NCBI GenBank assembly: GCA_021325135.1
Contig: JAJPHT010000011.1
Span: forward strand, 1 to 23,623
DNA from: Pseudomonadota bacterium
GTDB lineage: Archaea; Thermoplasmatota; SW-10-69-26; JACQPN01; JAJPHT01
DNA length: 23,623 nt
Reading direction: 5' to 3'
Shown here in pieces: positions 16,761 through 23,623 of the stretch. A model generated the notes under the pieces. The model had not been told where the DNA came from. It searched no databases and saw only the letters and a list, made by a program, of their open reading frames with translations. The stretch's first letter is position 1. Each line of letters begins with the position of its first letter. Made by a program: the position numbers and the translations under genes.

Positions 16761-17189
16761 TCAACCCCGCCGGTCGCCCGCGCCCCACGCCTCGCGCAGC
16801 GCCTCCAGGTGCTCCAGGAACTCCTCGGGCGAGCGGTAGACGCCCGGCGCCCCCGCGAAGCCGCAGCGCACGCACTGGGCCGCGAGGCGCATGGGGCCGC
16901 CCCAGCGCAGGTCCATGAAGCCGCACCGCGGGCACGCGCTGGCCGGCCACTCCACCGACTCCAGCGCGTCGCGGGGCGGCGCGTCGATGGGCGGCGCCGC
17001 GCCCCGGCGCCTCACCCGGGGCCGCGACGCGCGCAGCGCGAGGACGAGCCCGACGAACGCCGCCAACGCAAGGGGAAGGCCGACGACTTGCCCCGCCGCG
17101 ACGAAGAGGAGCGCCACCGCCAGCGCAAGCCCCGCGCCCACGGCCCCCGCGACCGCGCGCAGGCGGCGGGACCGCTCCGATCCCCGCAT
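16761..17189 (-). CDS. Membrane-anchored zinc-ribbon protein
   Basis: Two TM helices followed by CPRCG...CVRCG; ATG at 17189 preceded by GGGGGTG. Confidence 0.7.
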   Translation of the reverse strand: MRGSERSRRLRAVAGAVGAGLALAVALLFVAAGQVVGLPLALAAFVGLVLALRASRPRVRRRGAAPPIDAPPRDALESVEWPASACPRCGFMDLRWGGPMRLAAQCVRCGFAGAPGVYRSPEEFLEHLEALREAWGAGDRRG

Positions 17190-17230
17190 GCCACCCCCAC
17201 CGACGCCCCCCACCATGGACCCTCCCCAAC

Positions 17231-17238
17231 GCTTATGG
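17231..17238. promoter_or_regulatory. TATA-like element (GCTTATGG) between divergent genes
   Basis: Only AT-rich patch in the 72-bp divergent gap; 24-31 nt upstream of ATG 17262. Confidence 0.45.
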
Positions 17239-17261
17239 CCGCCCCCGGAGGTGCCGCCGCC

Positions 17262-17648
17262 ATGAGCGCCGAAGCCGCCGCCGTCACCGACGCGGACCGC
17301 CTCGCCAAGCTGTGGGACGCCTACCGCGCCCAGGAGGGGGAGCTCCAGGAGGCCCTCGCCCGCATCGAGCGCCTCACCGCCGAGGTCGAAGGCCGGGGCG
17401 GCGTCGTCGCCCAGCGCGAGCGCGACCTCGTCGCCAAGGACCAGGAGATCCGCCGCCTCCACGACGTCATCGAGGAGAAGGACCGCCGCATCGCCGAGCT
17501 TGCGCAGGTGGAGAGCGACGTCGCCGCCGTGCAGGCCTACAAGGACCGCATCGCCGAATTGGAGGCCGCCTACTCGCGCGAGAAGGAGCGGCTGGCGAAG
17601 CTGTTCTTGCTCTACGAGTCTGCTCGCAGTGGCCAGGATTCTGGCTGA
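17262..17648 (+). CDS. Coiled-coil protein with a duplicated RLAKL motif
   Basis: GGAGGTG RBS at 17247-17253; heptad E/R/K-rich helix; DRLAKLWDAY and ERLAKLFLLY. Confidence 0.8.
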   Translation: MSAEAAAVTDADRLAKLWDAYRAQEGELQEALARIERLTAEVEGRGGVVAQRERDLVAKDQEIRRLHDVIEEKDRRIAELAQVESDVAAVQAYKDRIAELEAAYSREKERLAKLFLLYESARSGQDSG

Positions 17649-17660
17649 GATCGGGGCGCG

Positions 17661-17777
17661 TGCATCCGGGGGCGAAGTTTCGCTTCACTGCGTCGGACTG
17701 CTGTCGAGCCCCGCTTTCGCCTGATACGAATCCAGGCTCGGCACCCGGGACTCCACTGGGGCTTCGGGGCGGGTGCA
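17661..17777 (+). ncRNA. Candidate structured RNA (unassigned)
   Basis: Nested stems 17661-68/17770-77, 17702-10/17735-43 and 17744-48/17756-60, each with a G-U pair on the + strand; no known family recognised. Confidence 0.25.
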
Positions 17778-17807
17778 GGTGAGGGGAACTGGGTTTGTTG
17801 CGCGCAT
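17685..17807 (-). CDS. Candidate 40-aa small protein MRATNPVPLTCTRPEAPVESRVPSLDSYQAKAGLDSSPTQ
   Basis: ATG...TGA read by hand; TTAAAAA box 34-40 nt upstream; no recognisable homology. Confidence 0.25.
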   Translation of the reverse strand: MRATNPVPLTCTRPEAPVESRVPSLDSYQAKAGLDSSPTQ

Positions 17808-17840
17808 GGGATTCTCGCTGAGACGCGCTTCTGCTCGCCG

Positions 17841-17848
17841 TTTTTAAG
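17841..17848. promoter_or_regulatory. Strong TATA-like box (TTTTTAAG / CTTAAAAA)
   Basis: Most canonical archaeal TATA-like sequence noticed in the window; direction uncertain. Confidence 0.5.
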
Positions 17849-17869
17849 GGTGTCGATGCAACAGGCTTT

Positions 17870-17895
17870 GTTCCCAAAAGCGGCCTTTCGAGAAC
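17870..17895 (-). terminator. 11-bp hairpin on the minus strand downstream of the surface-protein cluster
   Basis: Minus strand GTTCTCGAAAG-GCCG-CTTTTGGGAAC is fully paired with two G-U wobbles. Confidence 0.4.
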
Positions 17896-18124
17896 GGCGC
17901 AGCTCATGGGGAACGGCTTGGTGACGCCTCCCGAGGCTCAGTAGAGGCGCCGCTGGGGGCTCTGGGCGCGTTGGAGGGGGGCGCCCGCGCAATCAAGCAG
18001 GTCCTCCAGGATCTTTCCTCTCATCGCCGGCCGCACGCCGGCTGACCGCAACCATCGGAACGACCGTACCGCGTCTATCGAGGTTGGCCCATGAGAAGAA
18101 CGAGGCGGGCCGCGGAGACCCCCG

Positions 18125-18511
18125 TCACCAGAGCGCGACGGACAAGAAATCAGGAGTAGTCGCGCAAACCCTGTACCTGTCGCCACAGAGCACGCCGACA
18201 TAGTCCCCCTGGAGCCACGTATCGAGCGTGCAACCGCCCTGCAAAGGGAGGTTATCGATAAAACACACGGAAAGTGGCTTCTCGGTACTGATGAGGCCAA
18301 TGGAAGCTCCGCTGCAATTCGAACGGCCCTGTGGGAAGTCCGGAAGGCAAGAAACGTAAGCATCGAAGGCTGCATACCCCTCGTCAGACGCCGTCAGAAT
18401 GCACTCGTTCTCGCTAAAAGCTACACATGGGCCTCTGATGGTAACGCAGACGGACGCTGCTCCACTCGTAGGAAGCGTCGCAACGGTGCCGAGCGCGAAC
18501 AAGAACGCCAA
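18125..18511 (-). CDS. Small Cys-rich, probably secreted protein
   Basis: Hydrophobic N-terminus LAFLFALGTVATLPTSGA; 9 Cys; only a TTG start; in frame with the upstream giant ORF. Confidence 0.5.
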   Translation of the reverse strand: MAFLFALGTVATLPTSGAASVCVTIRGPCVAFSENECILTASDEGYAAFDAYVSCLPDFPQGRSNCSGASIGLISTEKPLSVCFIDNLPLQGGCTLDTWLQGDYVGVLCGDRYRVCATTPDFLSVALW

Positions 18512-18538
18512 AGAACCCCACGCTCCGGCTGCCGATTC

Positions 18539-21500
18539 CTATGAGAGGCCGTTCGGGTTGACTGTCGCGATGTCCTCACCGGAGTCATCTTGGCCGTTGC
18601 CGTTTTTATCGTTGTAGACCGAGACGGTGCCGTCGGGGTTCTGTTCGACGGCAGGCTTCGGAGGTTTCGCCTGTGTTCCCGGTGCGCTCGCCTGGTTCGA
18701 GGCTGCTCCTTCTCCCGCAATTGTCACGGCTCGGGTGAGGAACGCGCACTGCTTTGCTGCTTGGCATCCGCTAGCCGTGAAGGAGGTTCCTGTCGTGCTC
18801 CCGAGGTATGACAGGTTCGTCCCGTTCACCGCATAGACGCGGTATGCCAGCAGGGACAAACCGAAGGTTTGAGCCGGATCCTGCCAGGAGAGATCGACAT
18901 CGCCCGGGCTCGTGCCGGGCCGTGCCGTCAAGTTCTGAGGAGCGGTTGGCGGAGGCGCGGTGGATCCCTCGACCGAACCGCTGAAGCTCGATCCCGCGCC
19001 GCTAACGGCCGTAACGTCATAGCGGTAGGTGGTGTTTGTAGTGAGCCCGGTGTCGCGGTAAGTGAGGCCCGTAAGCGTCGCCACTAGGGTGCCCTCGCGA
19101 TAGACGCGGTAGGCCATGATCGGCAAGCCCCCGTCACGCGTTGGAGCGGCCCACGAGAGGGTGATGTTGGTGGGACCAGGGCCGCTCGTGGCCGTGACGT
19201 TTTGCGGTGGCTGGGGCGCTATGGCGACGACCGCGATGTGGAAGGTCATCGTGCCCGTGTTGTTGGCGTGATCCGTGGCTTGGCAGGTCACGAGGTTGTC
19301 GCCGGTCTGGAACTTGGATCCGCTGACAGGCTGACATGTCGCGGGGTCCGAGCCGTCGACCGCGTCGGTCGCGTTGGGCGATGGGAACGTGACGATGGTG
19401 CCGGCCGAGTCCGAGGCGGTGACGATGATGTTGTCTGGGACCGTGAGGCTGGGAGCCGTGGTGTCCTGGACCGTGATCGTGAAGGTCGTAGCGTTTGCCT
19501 TGTTGCCGTGCGCGTCGGTGGATCGGCATGTCACAAGAGTCGTTCCGAGCGGGAAGACTTGGTTTGGGGCGGGTGCGCAGCTGGCTGTCCCGTTGCTGTC
19601 CACGAAGTCGTGCGTCGCAGGCGCTTCGTAGCTCACCGCCGTGCCGTTGGGCCCTGTTGCTTCCGCGGTGAGGTTGGGCAGTGGATCGATGGCGGGTGGT
19701 GTCGTGTCAACGACGGTGACGTTGAAGGCGATCGGCGTCGCGCGGTTGCCATGGGCGTCGGACGCGAAGCAGTTCACGGTTGTCGTGCCCAAGGGGAAGG
19801 TCGCCCCCGGGGCGCGCAGGCAATTGGCAGTGCCATCGCCGTCCACGGCGTCGTGCGTGGCGGGCGGAGCATACGTCACATTGGCGCCCACTGGGCTGGT
19901 GGCCTCGGCCGTGAGGTTGGCGTGCGCGTCGATGCGCGGCGGCGTCGTGTCCACGACGGTGACGGAAAAGCTGCTCGTGCCGATGTTTCCAGCCGAGTCC
20001 GTAGCGGTGCACGTGACGTTCGTGGCGCCCAGGGGGAAGATAGAACGGGACGCTGGCGCGCACGAGGCGACGCCTGATCCGTCGACGACGTCGTGCGACG
20101 CGGGAGCCGAGTAGTTGGCCAATGTGCCCTGCGGGCTCGTCGCCTCCAGTTGCAGGTTGGGCTTTGGGTCGATGGCTGGCGGCGTTGTGTCCACGACGCT
20201 GACGACGAACGTCGTGGGTGCGGCGCGATTTCCGTGCGCGTCGGCCGCACCGCAGGTAATTGTCGTGTTGCCCAGCGCGAACGAGGATCCAGACGCAGGC
20301 GTACAGATTGCGGTGCCCGGCCCGTCGACGAGGTCCTCGGTTCCTGGGCTTTGGTAGGTGACGACGGCTCCGGCGGCGCTCATGGCCTCTGCCGTCAGGT
20401 TCTGGTGGGGGTCAATGGTGGGGGGAGTTGTGTCCGTGATGACGATTTGGAACGTTGTGGGCGTCGCGGCGTTCCCGCTCTGGTCCATCGCCGTGCAGGT
20501 CACGGATGTCGTGCCCAATGGGAACTGGCTTCCGCTCGTGGGCGCGCACGCGGCGAGGCCCGGCGGGTCGATGTTGTCCGTCGTGGCGGGAGGCTGGTAG
20601 GAGACGGCGGCGCCGCGGCTTGAGGTCGCCTCGGTGGTGACGGTCGGGTGGCTCGCGATGGCGGGCGGGACGGTGTCGATGAAAAACGCCGTCGTCGCGC
20701 TCGGGCCCTCGCCGAGGGCGCTGGCCGCGCGGACTGCGTAGAGGTAGGGGACGTCGTCCTGCAGGCCGGTGTCCGTGTAGCTGAACGTCCCGGCGCCGAC
20801 CGTGGCGAGGAGTTGCTGGTCCGATGCGTTGGATCCGCGATAGATGTCGTACGCCGTCGTGGGGGTGGCGAACGAGGCGTAGGAGGTCGCGTTCCAGGTG
20901 AGCGTCGTCTGGCCGCGCGTCGCGCCCGGATGGGCGAGGAGATCCTGGGGCGCGGACGGACCTTGGAGTGTGATGTCCTGCGTCAGCGTGACGTTGTCCA
21001 AGGTGAAGCCGTTGCTGGACGCCACGTCTACGACCTCGATCGGGTCAGCGAAGCTCACGCCGCATCGGCCGACCCCTGAGCGCGGGAGGTCACAGGGGTA
21101 CGAGCTGAGAGCTACCTGGTCGCCTTGCGCGGTCCTTGTGACAGCGTTGAGGTAGAATCGGTTGGGCTGGCCATTGGTGGTCGGCGCGTAGTGGAGAGTC
21201 ACTTCCAGGCTGTGGAAGGTGCGACCGGCGCTCTGGATCGCGATCTGGGTCCCCCAGTATGGGCGGACGACGCAATTCCCGGCGGGATCGCATGTCGTGC
21301 TTGGATCGGTGCCGTAGTTCTGGCCGTAGTAGCAAGCAGCTCCGCTGCAGCCGCCGTAACCATAGGACGAATAGAAGTTGATGCCGGGGTACGCGCTCGT
21401 GACGGCAGTTCCGGAGGGGAATTCGTCGAAGCCGAGGATGTCCTGGTTGCCTTGGCTGATGGCTTCCACCATCGCGGCGGGCCCTTCTCCCAAGGCGTTC

Positions 21501-23623
21501 ACCGCCCGGATCTCGTAATGGTAGGGCGCATCGTCGGCAAGACCCGCATCGACCAGCGAGAACGTCGTGTTATCCACGTTTTGGACGAGTTGCATGTCAC
21601 CGGGCGTCGTTCCGCGGTAGACGTTGTAGGCTACGATGGGGCTCGTGAACGAAGAATAGGGAGTGGCGTTCCACGTGAGCTTCGTTTGCCCGCGATCGAG
21701 CCACGTAAAGGCCTTGAGGTCTTGGACGCTGGTGACGGGCGGCCGGAGGATGACATCCTGCGTGAGCGTCACGTTGTCAACAGTGAATCCCTGGCCGTTC
21801 CAGGAGGAGAGATCGACGACCACAATGGGGTCGGAGAAGCTCACGCCGCACTGCCCGACGCCCGTGGCGGGCAGGTCGCACGGGTACGAAGAGACGGCGA
21901 GCTGGTCGCCCTGCGCGGTTCTCGTCACGGCGTTCAGCATGAGCCGGTTGGGTTGGGCGTTGTGGTTCGGCGAAGCGTAGATGGTGGCCTCGAAGCTGCG
22001 GAATGTCCGTCCGCTCGTTTGGACCACGAGTCCATTCCCGTTGGGGTTGCGGGCCGCGCAGTTGCCTTGGGCGTCGCACGTCGTCGTGGGCTGGGGGATC
22101 CAGCCAGGGTCGTAGCCGTAGTAGCAGTAGACTCCGCTGCAACCGCCATAGCCGTGGAAGGAATAGAAATTGACGCCGAGGTATGCGTTTCTTATGTCCG
22201 TGCCTGGCGCGAACTCGTCGAACGTGAAGACGTCTTGGTTGCCCTTGCTGAGGCCGAGTGCTATCGCGGCGGGGCCTTCCCCCCGCCCATTCGCGGCCTT
22301 GACGGCATAGAAATAGGTCGTGCCGTCGGCAAGGCCGGTGTCCACGTAGTTGAAGGTGCTCCCGCCGACGGTGGCGATGAGGCCGAGCGCGTCGGGGGAC
22401 GTGCCGCGGTACACGTGGTAGGCTTCGACCGCCGTCGTGAAGGGCGCGTAGGCGCTTGCGTTCCAATGGAGCTTGACCTGCCCGCGGTCGATCCACGTCG
22501 CCGCGGTGAGGTCCTGGGGTGCGCTCGCCAGGGGCTGGAGATTGACATCCTGCGTGACCGTGACGTCGTCCATGCTCTGGCAGGCGCACTCGGGGCTGAT
22601 GGCGATGGCGACAATGGGGTCGGGCGCACTGACGCCGCAGCGCGCGATCCCGGTGCTGGGCATGTCGCAGATCGCGTCCTGGATGGTGAGGCGGGTGCCC
22701 GTGGAGGTCTGCGTCACGACGCTGAAGTGGATGCGGTTGGGGTTTCCGCTCGTGTATGGGGCGTAGCGGAACGTCGCCTCGAAGCTGCGAAATGTCCGGC
22801 CCGCGGATCCGACGGACACCACGCCGGGGAGCACGCAGTTGCTCTGCTGCATCCCGGCGTCATACGAGCAGGAGGTCTGCGGGCGGTAGTAGCCGCCAAT
22901 GTAGAAGCAGCTCGTGGTTCCGTCCGCGCTGCAGTAGGCGCCGCCCTGGGCGGACCCGAAGGAGATACCGATGTACGCGCTTGAGATGTCCGTGCCGGAG
23001 GGGAACTCATCGAAGCCCATGGTCATCGAATTCGTCAGCGTCTTGACGTTGGCGACGCTCGATGGGCTCCCAGTTCCGGCAGCGTTGAACGGAACGACCT
23101 GGTAGTCGTACGTTGTCCCTTCTTGCAGTCCTGACTCGTCGAAGGAGGTGCCGCTGGTCATGATTGTGACCAGCGCCATCGGGTCAGGGGGCGTTCCGCG
23201 GTAGACGCGGTAGCCGGAGACCGGGATGTGGTCGTTCGCGGGTTGCCACTCCACGTGCGTCTGTCCCTTGTCCGGGCGGTCGCGCGCGGTGATGCTGAGG
23301 GGCGCCCGGGGCACTTGCAGTGAGGCTTGGGATCCGGAGAGATCCTCAAACGGGCATTGGCTCGCGGCGGACTGGTCCGGAGCGGCGGTGATGCTCGTGG
23401 CGCCGAGCGGATAGAAATTCGTCCCCCAGTCGGATCGGAAGAAGCGCGCGTCGAGGGCCACCTGGAGCAGCGTGTAGCAGACGTCTCCCTGAAGCCCGCC
23501 GTTGGTGGACCACGATCCGCCGACGCCGATGAGCGGGCCCGCGCGAGCCTGGAGCCCCTCGGGGCCCAGTTCGATCTGGACCCCGGCGATGAGGGTCGCG
23601 GAGAGCGAGCCGCTGGCCGTGAC
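18539..23623 (-). CDS. Large extracellular multidomain protein (FN3 x6, unknown domain x3, HYR x6); 5' end beyond the window
   Basis: Frame stays open from 23461 to 23623 (VTASGSLSATLIAG...); FN3 motifs W...YxVYR...GL...Y; six DTxPP...FPLGxTxVxCxAxD..GN HYR units at 19227-20680; C-terminal DKNGNGQDDSGE. Confidence 0.92.
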   Translation of the reverse strand, partial: VTASGSLSATLIAGVQIELGPEGLQARAGPLIGVGGSWSTNGGLQGDVCYTLLQVALDARFFRSDWGTNFYPLGATSITAAPDQSAASQCPFEDLSGSQASLQVPRAPLSITARDRPDKGQTHVEWQPANDHIPVSGYRVYRGTPPDPMALVTIMTSGTSFDESGLQEGTTYDYQVVPFNAAGTGSPSSVANVKTLTNSMTMGFDEFPSGTDISSAYIGISFGSAQGGAYCSADGTTSCFYIGGYYRPQTSCSYDAGMQQSNCVLPGVVSVGSAGRTFRSFEATFRYAPYTSGNPNRIHFSVVTQTSTGTRLTIQDAICDMPSTGIARCGVSAPDPIVAIAISPECACQSMDDVTVTQDVNLQPLASAPQDLTAATWIDRGQVKLHWNASAYAPFTTAVEAYHVYRGTSPDALGLIATVGGSTFNYVDTGLADGTTYFYAVKAANGRGEGPAAIALGLSKGNQDVFTFDEFAPGTDIRNAYLGVNFYSFHGYGGCSGVYCYYGYDPGWIPQPTTTCDAQGNCAARNPNGNGLVVQTSGRTFRSFEATIYASPNHNAQPNRLMLNAVTRTAQGDQLAVSSYPCDLPATGVGQCGVSFSDPIVVVDLSSWNGQGFTVDNVTLTQDVILRPPVTSVQDLKAFTWLDRGQTKLTWNATPYSSFTSPIVAYNVYRGTTPGDMQLVQNVDNTTFSLVDAGLADDAPYHYEIRAVNALGEGPAAMVEAISQGNQDILGFDEFPSGTAVTSAYPGINFYSSYGYGGCSGAACYYGQNYGTDPSTTCDPAGNCVVRPYWGTQIAIQSAGRTFHSLEVTLHYAPTTNGQPNRFYLNAVTRTAQGDQVALSSYPCDLPRSGVGRCGVSFADPIEVVDVASSNGFTLDNVTLTQDITLQGPSAPQDLLAHPGATRGQTTLTWNATSYASFATPTTAYDIYRGSNASDQQLLATVGAGTFSYTDTGLQDDVPYLYAVRAASALGEGPSATTAFFIDTVPPAIASHPTVTTEATSSRGAAVSYQPPATTDNIDPPGLAACAPTSGSQFPLGTTSVTCTAMDQSGNAATPTTFQIVITDTTPPTIDPHQNLTAEAMSAAGAVVTYQSPGTEDLVDGPGTAICTPASGSSFALGNTTITCGAADAHGNRAAPTTFVVSVVDTTPPAIDPKPNLQLEATSPQGTLANYSAPASHDVVDGSGVASCAPASRSIFPLGATNVTCTATDSAGNIGTSSFSVTVVDTTPPRIDAHANLTAEATSPVGANVTYAPPATHDAVDGDGTANCLRAPGATFPLGTTTVNCFASDAHGNRATPIAFNVTVVDTTPPAIDPLPNLTAEATGPNGTAVSYEAPATHDFVDSNGTASCAPAPNQVFPLGTTLVTCRSTDAHGNKANATTFTITVQDTTAPSLTVPDNIIVTASDSAGTIVTFPSPNATDAVDGSDPATCQPVSGSKFQTGDNLVTCQATDHANNTGTMTFHIAVVAIAPQPPQNVTATSGPGPTNITLSWAAPTRDGGLPIMAYRVYREGTLVATLTGLTYRDTGLTTNTTYRYDVTAVSGAGSSFSGSVEGSTAPPPTAPQNLTARPGTSPGDVDLSWQDPAQTFGLSLLAYRVYAVNGTNLSYLGSTTGTSFTASGCQAAKQCAFLTRAVTIAGEGAASNQASAPGTQAKPPKPAVEQNPDGTVSVYNDKNGNGQDDSGEDIATVNPNGLS

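Larger units (their letters stand above)
17620..23623. mobile_element. Putative horizontally acquired lower-GC segment (no mobility gene seen)
   Basis: Visible rise in A/T and in A/T-ending codons from ~17620 onward; only accessory genes present. Confidence 0.4.

Noticed and set aside
17690-17750. Intact tRNA gene (T-arm-like CCTGATACGAATCCAGG)
   Set aside because: No GTTC T-loop consensus and no assignable D-arm, anticodon arm or acceptor stem; kept only as an unassigned structured candidate
17938-18375. 145-aa minus-strand ORF and its short tail MRGKILEDLLDC...
   Set aside because: Overlaps the better-supported 18125-18511 ORF in another frame and shows no motif

Overview
High-GC (roughly 70-75% by eye) archaeal genomic DNA, most consistent with a Thermoplasmatota/euryarchaeal lineage. 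The archaeal call rests on the conserved rps6e - aIF2-gamma - PIN cluster, an archaeal-type PGK, AlaX-M, PGF-CTERM-type sorting signals and a GAGGTGAT Shine-Dalgarno. From left to right the window holds: a nested ~100-nt palindrome at the edge; several secreted and membrane proteins (two with archaeosortase-type tails); a GNAT; a secreted QW-repeat (alpha/alpha barrel) protein; AlaX-M; an MFS transporter; a 114-bp palindrome built from 8-mer tandem repeats; and rps6e-eif2g-PIN. Next is an unusual signalling locus: an orphan ORF coupled to a CheB-CheR-PAS-(NEEL heptad)x8-PAS-PAS fusion that has no output domain, convergent on a stand-alone HisKA-like protein that lacks an ATPase domain. pgk and small Cys-rich, zinc-ribbon and coiled-coil proteins follow. 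From ~17.6 kb there is a lower-GC segment with a candidate structured RNA or small ORF and a 5'-truncated, >1690-aa surface protein (6 FN3, 3 copies of an unrecognised Cys-containing domain, 6 HYR). Family assignments come from motif recognition only; no searches were run.
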